Source of the DNA: Candidatus Rokuibacteriota bacterium
GTDB lineage: Bacteria; Methylomirabilota; Methylomirabilia; Rokubacteriales; CSP1-6
Assembly (NCBI GenBank): GCA_003220535.1
Contig: QHSU01000057.1
Span: forward strand, 246,863-310,862
DNA length: 64,000 nt
Reading direction: 5' to 3'
The number at the start of each line of letters is the position of its first letter. Position 1 is the first letter of the stretch. Below, in pieces: positions 1 through 9,819 of the stretch. A program made the translations under genes and the position numbers. The notes below the pieces were generated by a model that was not told where the DNA came from, made no database searches, and saw only the letters and a program-made list of their open reading frames with translations.

Positions 1-828
1 CTGGTGTCCAGGCTAGCCCGGCGGCACGTCAAGGTCGTGCTGTCGGGGGACGGTGGCGACGAGCTGTTCGCGGGCTATGACCGCTATGTCGTCGACCACC
101 GGCGACGCCACCTGGGCCGCCTCGGCGACGCTGGGCTCGGCGGGGCGCTGCGCGTCCTCAGTGGGGCTCTTCCGGAAGGAGCGCCCGGGAAGAACTACCT
201 CTACAACCTGTCGCTGCCCCGACTGGAGCGATACCTCGACTCCATCTCACTGTTCCCGGGGCGCGCGATCGGAGATCTTCTCGAGCCGGCGGTGGTCCGT
301 CATCGTGAATCGTGCTTCACGACCGCCCTGACCGCCGGGAACGGCTTGGACCCGCTCTCTCGGATCCAGGATCTCGACATCAACACCTACCTCCCCGGAG
401 ACATCCTGACCAAGGTCGATCGGATGAGCATGGCGAACTCCCTCGAGGCTCGTGTGCCGCTGCTCGACCATCCGCTGGTCGAGTTCGCCTGCCGTCTCCC
501 GGCCCGCCTCCGCCTCCGATCCGGGCAGACGAAGCACCTCCTGAAATGCGCCCTGCGGGGGCGGGTGCCTGCCGAGGTCTTGACGCGGCCCAAGCACGGA
601 TTTGGCGTGCCGTTGGAGGTCTGGTTGACGCAACGCCTCCCCGGGTTCTTCCAGGATCATCTCGGAGACGGCCGCCGGCTTGCCAGTGTCGGGGTCAGGC
701 CCGCATCGGTTCGGAGGCTCATCGAAGCGTTGGCGCGGTGGCATCGGCCCGAGCACTGTTACCGGCTCTGGGCACTGGTAGTACTGGACCGGGCGCTTGG
801 CCGGCTTGGTGAGATCGGCGCCGCATGA
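1..828 (+). CDS. asnB: Asparagine synthase (glutamine-hydrolysing)-like amidotransferase, C-terminal part (5' end outside window)
   Basis: Motifs VVLSGDGGDELFAGY, LTKVDRMSMANSLEARVPLLDH and RPKHGFGVP; the frame is open from the window edge. Confidence 0.9.
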   Translation: MVSRLARRHVKVVLSGDGGDELFAGYDRYVVDHRRRHLGRLGDAGLGGALRVLSGALPEGAPGKNYLYNLSLPRLERYLDSISLFPGRAIGDLLEPAVVRHRESCFTTALTAGNGLDPLSRIQDLDINTYLPGDILTKVDRMSMANSLEARVPLLDHPLVEFACRLPARLRLRSGQTKHLLKCALRGRVPAEVLTRPKHGFGVPLEVWLTQRLPGFFQDHLGDGRRLASVGVRPASVRRLIEALARWHRPEHCYRLWALVVLDRALGRLGEIGAA

Positions 829-1931
829 TCATGACACGTCCCGGAATTCTCCTCATCGGCGACTCGCTGAACGTCGGCGGAACCGAGGGCCAGTTCGTCG
901 AGATCGCCTGCGGGCTGGATCGATCCAGATGGGATGTTCACCTGACGTGTAACCGCGCCGTCGGGCCGCTTGGAACCAGGATCGCGGCGACCGGGCTGCG
1001 CGTCTGGAGCTGCGGGTCGGGGTCGTTCAAGTCCCCGCGCTTTGCCCTGGCCCTCTGGGGGCTCGCCCGCTATCTTCGTACTCACCGGATCCGGCTCGTT
1101 CACGCCTTCGATTTCTACAGCGACATCCTTGGCGTCATCGCCGCGCGCCTGGCGGGCGTTCCGACGGTCATCGCCAGTCAGCGCGAGCTCGGCGATCTGC
1201 GGACGCCACTGGAGCGTCGCTTCTATCGCCTGGCCATGCGTCTGGCCGACTACGTCGTGGTCAACGCCCAGGTAGTCGCCGAACGGCTCACGCGCGCGCG
1301 CGCCGTCGTCCCCCGGCGGATCGTGGTGATTCCGAACGGCGTGGACACGGTCCGATTCTCGCCCGCGCCGAGCCTACCCCGACGCCTGGCCGGGCATGTG
1401 ACCGTGGGCACACTGGCGAACCTGCGTCCGGAAAAGGGACTCGAGCATCTCGTGCGGGCGATGGCGCTCGTTCGCGATCACAGCGCCGGGGAGCAGCTCG
1501 CGATCTGGGGCGATGGGCCGCTTCGCGCCGACGTCGAGCGGCTGATCGGTGAGGTCGGCCTGAGCGCGAGCGCCCGGCTCCGTGGCGCGACCATCGAGCC
1601 GGAGGCGGCGCTCAGGACGATGGACATCTTCGTGCTGCCCTCCCTCAGCGAGGCGTGCTCGAACGTGCTCCTGGAAGCGATGGCGAGCGGACTTCCCGTG
1701 GTGACGACGCGGGTGGGCGGCAACCCCGCATTGGTCGACGACGAGGTGACCGGGTTGCTGGTGCCGCCCGGCGACCCGGCCGCGCTGGCCAAGGCGATCA
1801 TCCGGCTCGTGGAAGACCCGGTACTGGCCGAGCGCCTGGGCGCCGGCGCGCGCGAGGTGGCCTGCTCGCACTTCGGTCTCGACCGGATGCTGTCCCGAGT
1901 CCAGGCGCTCTACGACCGGGCGCTCGCGTAA
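825..1931 (+). CDS. Glycosyltransferase family 4 (GT-B)
   Basis: N-terminal GGTE motif, IPNGVD, EX7E motif (SEACSNVLLEAMASG); ATGA overlap with the upstream stop. Confidence 0.9.
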   Translation: MIMTRPGILLIGDSLNVGGTEGQFVEIACGLDRSRWDVHLTCNRAVGPLGTRIAATGLRVWSCGSGSFKSPRFALALWGLARYLRTHRIRLVHAFDFYSDILGVIAARLAGVPTVIASQRELGDLRTPLERRFYRLAMRLADYVVVNAQVVAERLTRARAVVPRRIVVIPNGVDTVRFSPAPSLPRRLAGHVTVGTLANLRPEKGLEHLVRAMALVRDHSAGEQLAIWGDGPLRADVERLIGEVGLSASARLRGATIEPEAALRTMDIFVLPSLSEACSNVLLEAMASGLPVVTTRVGGNPALVDDEVTGLLVPPGDPAALAKAIIRLVEDPVLAERLGAGAREVACSHFGLDRMLSRVQALYDRALA

Positions 1932-1936
1932 AGCCC

Positions 1937-3814
1937 ATGTGTGGCATCGCCGGTAAATTCACCCTCGATGATCGGCCGATCGACGCCGGCCTGATCACGC
2001 GAATGGCCGAGCGCCTGTCGCACCGCGGGCCGGACGACGCTGGGTATCACGTGTCCGGGCCGATCGGCCTGGCGAGCCGGCGCCTGTCGATCATCGATCT
2101 CGCCACCGGACGGCAGCCCATCTCCAATGAAGACGGCACGGTATGGGTTGTCCTGAACGGCGAGATCTACAACTTCGTCGAATTGCGCGCCACGCTCGAG
2201 CGTCGGGGGCACTGCTTTCGGACACGGACCGACACCGAGGTGATCGTGCACCTCTATGAAGACGAGGGCCCCGGGCTCCTCGAACACCTGCGCGGGATGT
2301 TCGCCTTCGCCCTCTGGGATGTCCGCCGGCGGCAGCTCTTGCTGGCCCGCGATCGGTTGGGGGAGAAGCCACTTTTCTACGCTCATCGCCCCGGACGCGC
2401 GCTCCTCTTCGCTTCGGAGCTGAAATCGCTGCTGGTGGATCCGGACCTCCGGCCGAGCATCAACCTGAGCGCCGTGGATCAATATCTGAGCCTCCTCTAC
2501 ATTCCGGCGCCGGCCTCGATCTTCAGCGAGGTCAAGAAGCTACCCGCCGGTCACTATCTGATCTGCAGCGAGCGGGGTCTCACGATCCACGAATACTGGG
2601 ACGTGCCCCTCACGCCCGAGGGCGAGGAAGACCGGCTCGACGAGGAGGCGCTTCACGCCCAGCTGCGCGAGGCCGTCCGCATCCAGCTCCGGAGTGACGT
2701 GCCCCTGGGGGCCTTCCTGAGCGGCGGGATCGACTCGACGACGGTCGTGGCCACCATGGCCGAGAACCTGGGACCCGAGATCATGACCTGCTCCGTGGGG
2801 TTCCCGGAGAAGGGCCACAACGAGCTCGCCTATGCGCAGACCGTGGCCACGTGCCTCGGCAGCCGTCATCGCTCGCGCGTCGTCGGTCCACCCTCTCGGG
2901 AGCTGATCGAACGGCTGTCCTGGCACTTCGACGAGCCGTTCGGCGACTCGTCCGCGGTGCCGACGTGGGAGGTGTCAAGCTTGGCGAGGGAGCGCGTGAA
3001 GGTCGCGCTGTCCGGCGACGGCGGCGACGAGCTGTTTGGCGGCTACCGTCGTCATGCGATGGAGAAGTGGGAGCACGCCCTCCGGCGCTGCGGGCAGGTC
3101 GCGTCTCGAGCGTTGTCCCAGGTCGCCGCGGCGCTGCCCGGCCGGTTCAGGGGGCGCAACGCGCTCACGCGCCTGGGCGGCCCGCCCGATCAAGCCTGCG
3201 CGGTGAAGTTCCAGTTCGGCAGCGATGCCCCGCAGTTGAAGGCGCGGATCTACGCGGCGGGATTCCGGGAGCAGATCGCCACGACCGATCCGCTCGCCCC
3301 GTTCAAACAGGCGTACGTACGCGCCGGGCAGGTCGACCCCCTCAACCGCATTCTCTACGTGGACCTCAAGATGTACCTCGCCGACGACATCCTCGTGAAG
3401 GTTGATCGGATGAGCATGGCCCATGGGCTCGAGGTACGGGCGCCGTTCCTGGACCACCGCCTCGTGGAGATGGTCGCGCGTCTGCCGGGCCGAACCAAAG
3501 TTCCGGGACCGGCCACGAAGCCACTGCTTCGCGCCGCCCTCGACGGCCGGGTCCCGCGCACCGCCTGGGATCGGCCGAAGCACGGGTTCACGGCGCCGAT
3601 AGGCCAATGGCTGCGCGACGGGCTTCGGGACTGCGTCGAGGAGCGGCTCTTCTCGCGATCGAGCCTGGGACGCGATCTGTTCGACGGGAAGAGCCTGCGC
3701 CAGCTCTGGGAGGATCACCTCACCGGCCGCGGAGATCACTCCCACGAGATCTGGATGCTGCTCATGCTCGAGACGTGGTACGGGCTGCACGCGCGCGACC
3801 GGGCGGCGGCATGA
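1937..3814 (+). CDS. asnB: Asparagine synthase (glutamine-hydrolysing)-like amidotransferase
   Basis: True start MCGIAG at 1937 (Ntn Cys2); HRGPD, NGEIYNF, LSGGIDS, SGDGGDE and KVDRMSM motifs. Confidence 0.93.
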   Translation: MCGIAGKFTLDDRPIDAGLITRMAERLSHRGPDDAGYHVSGPIGLASRRLSIIDLATGRQPISNEDGTVWVVLNGEIYNFVELRATLERRGHCFRTRTDTEVIVHLYEDEGPGLLEHLRGMFAFALWDVRRRQLLLARDRLGEKPLFYAHRPGRALLFASELKSLLVDPDLRPSINLSAVDQYLSLLYIPAPASIFSEVKKLPAGHYLICSERGLTIHEYWDVPLTPEGEEDRLDEEALHAQLREAVRIQLRSDVPLGAFLSGGIDSTTVVATMAENLGPEIMTCSVGFPEKGHNELAYAQTVATCLGSRHRSRVVGPPSRELIERLSWHFDEPFGDSSAVPTWEVSSLARERVKVALSGDGGDELFGGYRRHAMEKWEHALRRCGQVASRALSQVAAALPGRFRGRNALTRLGGPPDQACAVKFQFGSDAPQLKARIYAAGFREQIATTDPLAPFKQAYVRAGQVDPLNRILYVDLKMYLADDILVKVDRMSMAHGLEVRAPFLDHRLVEMVARLPGRTKVPGPATKPLLRAALDGRVPRTAWDRPKHGFTAPIGQWLRDGLRDCVEERLFSRSSLGRDLFDGKSLRQLWEDHLTGRGDHSHEIWMLLMLETWYGLHARDRAAA

Positions 3815-4875
3815 AACTCCGCATCGCCTTCATCGCGCCGACTCTGGGGATCCTGGGAGGCCAGGGCGTCCAGGCCGCCACGCTGGCCGGCGCGTTGCGA
3901 AAGGACGGCTGGGCGCTGGACTTCATTCCGATCAACCCAAGCTTTCCCAGGGGGCTCCGGTGGCTCCGCCGAGTCCCCTATGCGCGGACACTGCTGAACG
4001 AGGCGCTCTACCTCATGCGACTCTCTGCTCTGCGCCGGGCCGACGTCGTGCACGTGTTCTCGGCGTCGTACTGGTCGTTCCTCCTCGCCCCGGCGCCCGC
4101 CATCCTGGTCGCGCGCTGCCTGGGCAAACGGATCGTGCTGAACTATCGGAGCGGCGAGGCCGACGACCATCTGGCGCGCTGGGGCGTGCTCGTGCACCCG
4201 CTATTGCGCGTCGTCGACGAAATCGTGGTTCCGTCCGAGTACCTCAGGACGATCTTCACGCGGCATGGCTATCGGGCCCGCGTGATCCCCAATGTCGTCG
4301 ACCTCTCGCGCTTCCGCTATCGTGAGCGCGGCGCTCCCGAGCCCCGACTGGTCTCGACCCGGAATCTGGAGCCTTACTACCGGGTAGACAACACGCTCGA
4401 AGCCTTCGCGCTTCTCAGGGCCCGGTACCCCGAGGCGACACTGACGCTCGCGGGATTCGGCAGCGGTGAACGACAGCTACGCGGTCTCGCTGCCTCCCTC
4501 GGCATGGGCGGGATCAGGTTCGTGGGGCGGGTCGAGCCGACGGCAATGCCCGGCGTGCTCGACACGGCCGACATCTTCGTCAATTCCTCTGTCGTGGACA
4601 ACCAGCCCGTTTCCGTCCTGGAAGCGTTCGCCTCCGGACTTCCGGTGGTGTCCACCGGCACCGGCGACATCGCCGCGATGGTCCGCGACGGAGAGACCGG
4701 CCTTATCGTCCCTCCGGACGATCCGACGGCAATCGTCAAGGCTGTGATCAGCCTGCTCGACGATCCGGAGCGCGCGGCGCGCATCGGCCGTCAGGCGGCG
4801 ACCGAGGTCGAAAAATACACGTGGGCGCGCGTCAAGGCGCTCTGGGCGAGCGTGTACTGGGGGCTCGCCGCATGA
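3811..4875 (+). CDS. Glycosyltransferase family 4
   Basis: ATG 3811 overlaps the upstream TGA; IPNVVD, NSSVVDNQPVSVLEAFASGLPVV. Confidence 0.88.
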   Translation: MKLRIAFIAPTLGILGGQGVQAATLAGALRKDGWALDFIPINPSFPRGLRWLRRVPYARTLLNEALYLMRLSALRRADVVHVFSASYWSFLLAPAPAILVARCLGKRIVLNYRSGEADDHLARWGVLVHPLLRVVDEIVVPSEYLRTIFTRHGYRARVIPNVVDLSRFRYRERGAPEPRLVSTRNLEPYYRVDNTLEAFALLRARYPEATLTLAGFGSGERQLRGLAASLGMGGIRFVGRVEPTAMPGVLDTADIFVNSSVVDNQPVSVLEAFASGLPVVSTGTGDIAAMVRDGETGLIVPPDDPTAIVKAVISLLDDPERAARIGRQAATEVEKYTWARVKALWASVYWGLAA

Positions 4876-6968
4876 AGCTGCGCCGGCTGCTGAACATGAC
4901 GGTCTCCGAGGTCGCTTGCCGCGGGCGGCAGGAGACGGCGAAATGGTGGGATCGGCTCGAGATGACCGGGAGGACGGCCAGCGCGTCCGACGCGATCGCC
5001 GGGAAGTCGCTCGAGCACTGCTGCCGCGCCGCTCCCGCCCGGTTCTTCGAGGGCGTCGTGGACGAGGCTACACCGCGCCACATCGGTCAGCGCATGCGCG
5101 AGAGCTACGACGAGACCGTGGCGGTGGCCGACGCGGCTTGTCAGCTTCGCTTCGATCTTCTGGGCCACCGGGGCCTGACGTTCGGCGACCCGGTCGACTG
5201 GCACCTGGACCCGATCGCCGGGCGCCGCGCGCCGTGTGTGCACTGGAGCCGGCTCAACCCGCTCGACCCGGCGAGCGTGGGGGACAGCAAGGTCATCTGG
5301 GAGCTGAACCGCCACCAGTGGCTCGTTCGTCTCGGAGCGGCGTACCGGTTGACGGGAGACGAACGATACGCTGAGACCTTCGCCGCGAATGTCCGGGCGT
5401 GGATGCGGGCCAACCCGCCCGGAGTGGGGATCAACTGGACGAGCAGCCTGGAAGCCGCCCTCCGACTCATCTCCTGGTGCTGGGCCCTGTTCCTCTTCCG
5501 GGGATCGAACGCGCTGTCGGAGGAACTTTTCGTCGAGATGCTCGGAAGCGTTCAGGTTCACGCGTCCCGCGTGGAGAAGTATCTCTCGTATTACTTCGCA
5601 CCGAACACCCACCTCACCGGTGAGGCGCTCGGCCTGTTCTACGCCGGGACCGTGTTCCCCGAGCTACGCCCGGCTCGGCGCTGGCGCGCCTTGGGCGCGC
5701 GGATCTTGATCGAGCAGCTCGAACGGCAGGTGCTGCCAGACGGCGTCTACTTCGAGCAGTCGACCTGTTATCAGCGGTACACGGTCGAGACCTATCTCCA
5801 TTTCATGATCCTGGCAGACCGCAACGGAGTGGCGATCCCCCCCACGGTGAGAGAGCGCGTCCAGCGGCTGGTCGACGTGCTCGTCGCGCTCCGCAATCCG
5901 GACGGATCGATCCCATCGATCGGGGATGCCGACGGTGGATGGCTTCTTCCGCTCGCGACCCGGGCGCCGGATGATTTCCGAGGGATGTTCTCGACCGCCG
6001 CGGCCCTGTTCGGCCGCCAGGACTACGCGTGGGCAGCCCGGGGCCTGGCGCCGGAGACCGTGTGGTTGCTCGGAGCCGATGGTGTGAAGGCGTTCGATGG
6101 CCTGCGTCCCGCGCCGCCGGGCGCGCCCGCCTCCCGCCTTTTCGCTGACGGCGGCATCGTCGTGATGCGGAGCGGATGGGACGAGGGCGCTCACCAGCTC
6201 ATCTTCGACGTGGGTCCTCTGGGCTGTCCGTTCAGCGCGGGGCACGGCCACGCCGATCTCCTCAGTATCCAGTGCTCCGTCTTCGGACAACCCTGTCTCG
6301 TCGATGCGGGAACCTATGGCTACGCCGCCGAGCCGAGATGGCGCGATTTCTTCCGTGGCACGACGGCCCACAGCACCGTCGTGGTGGACGGCCTCGGGCA
6401 GACGGTCCCCGCCGGGCCGTTCCAGTGGGACGCGCGCCCCCGAGCGCGGCTGCACCGCTGGCAATCCACCGAGGCCTTCGACTGCGCCGAGGCCTCTCAC
6501 GATGCTTACAGCCGTCTCGCCGATCCCGTCGTCCATCGGCGTCGCGTGGTCTTCGTCAAGCCAGGTTACTGGGCGGTCGTCGACCTCCTCGACGGGCGAG
6601 CCGAACACGCCGTCGAGCTCCGCTTCCAGTTCGCGCCGATCGAGGTGACGGTGGGTCCGGACCTGTGGGCTCGCGCTCGCGTGTCCGAAGGCCGCGGGCT
6701 TCTCATCAAACCGTTCGCCGCCGTGTCGCTCAAAGGCGAGGTTCACGAGGGGGACCTCGCCCCGATCCAGGGCTGGATCTCTCCGGTGTACGGCCGGCGG
6801 GGGCCGGCGCCGGCGTTGATCTACTCGACCGTGGCGCGCCTGCCGCTGTGCATCATGACGCTTCTCCTGCCCACGGAGCGCCTGTTCGCGGCCCCCCCGG
6901 CCGTCATACCGCTTCTGGGCGCCGCCACCGCTCTCCTTGGAATCGTTCCCTTCGAGGGGGCCGAGTGA
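4872..6968 (+). CDS. Heparinase II/III family (alginate-lyase-like) protein
   Basis: WELNRHQW, NTHL, EQSTCYQ, GHGHADLLS, VDAGTYGY and AHST motifs; ATGA overlap. Confidence 0.88.
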   Translation: MKLRRLLNMTVSEVACRGRQETAKWWDRLEMTGRTASASDAIAGKSLEHCCRAAPARFFEGVVDEATPRHIGQRMRESYDETVAVADAACQLRFDLLGHRGLTFGDPVDWHLDPIAGRRAPCVHWSRLNPLDPASVGDSKVIWELNRHQWLVRLGAAYRLTGDERYAETFAANVRAWMRANPPGVGINWTSSLEAALRLISWCWALFLFRGSNALSEELFVEMLGSVQVHASRVEKYLSYYFAPNTHLTGEALGLFYAGTVFPELRPARRWRALGARILIEQLERQVLPDGVYFEQSTCYQRYTVETYLHFMILADRNGVAIPPTVRERVQRLVDVLVALRNPDGSIPSIGDADGGWLLPLATRAPDDFRGMFSTAAALFGRQDYAWAARGLAPETVWLLGADGVKAFDGLRPAPPGAPASRLFADGGIVVMRSGWDEGAHQLIFDVGPLGCPFSAGHGHADLLSIQCSVFGQPCLVDAGTYGYAAEPRWRDFFRGTTAHSTVVVDGLGQTVPAGPFQWDARPRARLHRWQSTEAFDCAEASHDAYSRLADPVVHRRRVVFVKPGYWAVVDLLDGRAEHAVELRFQFAPIEVTVGPDLWARARVSEGRGLLIKPFAAVSLKGEVHEGDLAPIQGWISPVYGRRGPAPALIYSTVARLPLCIMTLLLPTERLFAAPPAVIPLLGAATALLGIVPFEGAE

Positions 6969-6986
6969 GGGCCGGCATCCTCGGGC

Positions 6987-7898
6987 ATGACCCGGCCAGC
7001 CCTCGCAACGCTAACTGAGCTCGCCATCCGGAACGGCTTCGAGGCACCAAGGATGCGAACGGGGATCATCGGTGGACGGCTCGGATACCGGTTGCTTGGC
7101 TGGCTGGGCGAGCGGACGCGGCACAAGGATTGGTGCAGCGGCGCCAACTACCGAGACTGCAGCAAGCTCGAAGCCTTGTTCGGCCCTGGAATCTGGAGCC
7201 GGCTCCGCGGCAAGGTCGTCATCGACTTGGGATGTGGAATCGGCGCCGAGGCGATCGAGGCCGCGCAGCACGGGGCGAAGACGGTCATCGGCATCGACAT
7301 CCGACCGAAGGTCCTGGAGGCCGCCCGCGCGGCCGCGGCCGCCGCGGGCGTCTCGGATCGCTGCGTCTTTTCGACCCACACGGACGAACGAGCTGACGTC
7401 ATCCTGTCGATCGACGCGCTAGAGCACTATGACGACCCCGAACAAGCCCTGGTCATGATGCGGCGACTCGTCGCCGACGATGGACTGGTCTTGATCGCGT
7501 TCGGACCACCCTGGTTCCATCCGCTCGGTGGCCATCTGTTCTCGGTGTTCCCCTGGGCCCATCTCATCTTCACGGAGGCCGCGCTCATCCGGTGGCGGTC
7601 GGATTTCAAATCCGACGGAGCCACCCGGTTCTCCGAGGTCGAGGGCGGGCTCAACGGGATGACGGTGAGCCGCGCCCACCGGCTGATCGAGAAGAGCGTA
7701 TTCACGATCGAAAGCTTCGAGCCGGTGCCGATCAAGCGCGTGCGGCGGATCGCGCGCTGGCTGCCCCGGGAATTCTTCACGTCGATTGTTCGCTGCGCGT
7801 TGATCCCGGCCGGAGCACGCCAGGCCGGCCGGGAGTTCGTCGGGTCGGCCGCACCGGGGCGGCGCGTGATCACCGCGGGCTCGATGCGTAACCGCTGA
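6987..7898 (+). CDS. Class I SAM-dependent methyltransferase
   Basis: VIDLGCGIG motif I, GIDI, DALEH; start uncertain (alternative ATG 7053). Confidence 0.8.
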   Translation: MTRPALATLTELAIRNGFEAPRMRTGIIGGRLGYRLLGWLGERTRHKDWCSGANYRDCSKLEALFGPGIWSRLRGKVVIDLGCGIGAEAIEAAQHGAKTVIGIDIRPKVLEAARAAAAAAGVSDRCVFSTHTDERADVILSIDALEHYDDPEQALVMMRRLVADDGLVLIAFGPPWFHPLGGHLFSVFPWAHLIFTEAALIRWRSDFKSDGATRFSEVEGGLNGMTVSRAHRLIEKSVFTIESFEPVPIKRVRRIARWLPREFFTSIVRCALIPAGARQAGREFVGSAAPGRRVITAGSMRNR

Positions 7899-7908
7899 GG
7901 ATTCACCT

Positions 7909-9819
7909 ATGTGTGGCATCGTCGGCATTGTCAACCTGGACCCCCGCGAGAGCGTGGACGAAGCGCTGCTCAAGCGCATGCGGGATGTGCTCCGTCATCG
8001 GGGGCCCGACGGCGAGGGCCTGTGGACGGAAGGACCGGTGGGGCTCGGCCACCGGCGCCTCGCCATCGTCGACGTCGCGGGCGGTCAGCAGCCCATGCCC
8101 AACGAGGACGAGTCGTGCTGGATCGTCTACAACGGCGAGATCTACAACCACGCCGCCCTCCGTCCCGGCCTCGAGGCGCGTGGCCACCGGTACCGCACCC
8201 GAAGCGACACCGAGACGATCGTCCACCTCTACGAGGAGGAGCAGGAGCTCTGCGTCGAGCGTCTCCGGGGCATGTTCGCCTTTGCTCTGTGGGACCGCGC
8301 CCGCGAGCGACTGCTCCTCGCCCGCGATCGGCTGGGCATCAAGCCCCTCTACTACGCCGTCACTCCGCGAGAGCTACTCTTCGCGTCGGAGATCAAGGCG
8401 ATCCTGGCGGCCGAGAGCATCCGCCCCAGGCTCAACGAGACCATCCTGCCGGAGTTTCTGGCCACGCGTTTCGTCGCCGGCGAGGAGACCTTCTTCCGGG
8501 GAGTGCGGAAGCTCCTCCCGGGCAGGACGCTCACGTGGTCGGCCAGCGACGGAGTCCGGACGCGCCGCTACTGGAAGCTGACCGTTGGGGAGGATGACTC
8601 CGGAGCCGGGCTCGAGGCCCGCGCCGGCGAGTTGCGCGCCCGCCTGGAGGCGGCGGTGCAGAGCCACCTGATGAGCGACGTGCCGCTCGGTCTGTTCCTT
8701 TCCGGTGGCCTCGACTCCAGCGGACTGGCCGCGCTCATGGCGCCGATGGTGAAGACGCCGATCCGCACCTTTGCCGTGGGGTTCGCCGAGCGCGAGGCCA
8801 ACGAGCTCGCCTACGCCCGGCTCGCGGCACGCGCGGTGGGGGCCGAGCACCGCGAGGTGGTCGTGTCGCCCGGCGAGTTCTTCCAGGCGCTGCCCCGGAT
8901 GATCTGGCACGAGGACGAGCCGATCGCCTGGCACTCGAGCGTCCCGCTGTACTTCGTCTCCCGTCTCGCGCGCGAGCACGTCAAGGTCGTGCTCACCGGT
9001 GAAGGGGCCGACGAGCTCTTCCTCGGCTACAACCGCTACCGAGTGACGGCCTGGAACGACCGTCTCGGGGCCGTCTACGGCGCTGTCGTGCCTCGGGCGA
9101 TCCGCGAGAAAATGAGCGTGCTCACGGGCCGGTTGCCCCGATCGGTGCGACGCTACGCCGGGCGGTCTTTCCTCGCGGTGCCTCCGGGGCCGCGAGCGCT
9201 CTTCTTCGACAACTTCGCCACGTTCACGGAGTGCCAGCAGCAGGAGCTGCTGGCCACCCCGGGACTCCTCGCCACTCGAGACCCGCACGGCGAAGGCCTT
9301 CGCGCCTACGAGGAGGCCGCCGGGGGCGCTCTCGATCGGATGAGCCAGGCCGAGCTCCAGACGGGCCTGGTCGAGCTCTTGATGAAGCAGGACCAGATGA
9401 GCATGGCGGCTTCGCTCGAGAGCCGGGTGCCCTTCCTGGATCACGAGTTCGTGGAGCACGCCGCTGGCATCCCGGCGCAATTCAAGCTGCGCGGGTGGCG
9501 GACGAAGGCGGTCCTACGCGAGGCGCTCTCCGGCCGGGTGCCTCGACCGATCCTCACGCGGAGCAAGATGGGCTTCCCGGTCCCTGTCGGAAGGTGGCTC
9601 CGCGGGACCTTCTGGCCGCTCGTCGAGGAGTTCGTGCTCGGCCCGCGGGCTCTCGCACGCGGTCTGTTCCAGCCCGAGCCGCTCCGGCGGCTGGCGCACG
9701 AGCACAGACAGGGCGCCTGGCGTCACGGCGACCGGCTCTGGCTTCTCATCAACCTAGAGATCTGGCAGCGGATCTTCATCGACGGCGAGGATCCAGCCGA
9801 CATCGGGAGCAGGGCATGA
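7909..9819 (+). CDS. asnB: Asparagine synthase (glutamine-hydrolysing)-like amidotransferase
   Basis: GAGG RBS, MCGIVG start, HRGPD, NGEIYNH, LSGGLDSS, TGEGADE. Confidence 0.93.
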   Translation: MCGIVGIVNLDPRESVDEALLKRMRDVLRHRGPDGEGLWTEGPVGLGHRRLAIVDVAGGQQPMPNEDESCWIVYNGEIYNHAALRPGLEARGHRYRTRSDTETIVHLYEEEQELCVERLRGMFAFALWDRARERLLLARDRLGIKPLYYAVTPRELLFASEIKAILAAESIRPRLNETILPEFLATRFVAGEETFFRGVRKLLPGRTLTWSASDGVRTRRYWKLTVGEDDSGAGLEARAGELRARLEAAVQSHLMSDVPLGLFLSGGLDSSGLAALMAPMVKTPIRTFAVGFAEREANELAYARLAARAVGAEHREVVVSPGEFFQALPRMIWHEDEPIAWHSSVPLYFVSRLAREHVKVVLTGEGADELFLGYNRYRVTAWNDRLGAVYGAVVPRAIREKMSVLTGRLPRSVRRYAGRSFLAVPPGPRALFFDNFATFTECQQQELLATPGLLATRDPHGEGLRAYEEAAGGALDRMSQAELQTGLVELLMKQDQMSMAASLESRVPFLDHEFVEHAAGIPAQFKLRGWRTKAVLREALSGRVPRPILTRSKMGFPVPVGRWLRGTFWPLVEEFVLGPRALARGLFQPEPLRRLAHEHRQGAWRHGDRLWLLINLEIWQRIFIDGEDPADIGSRA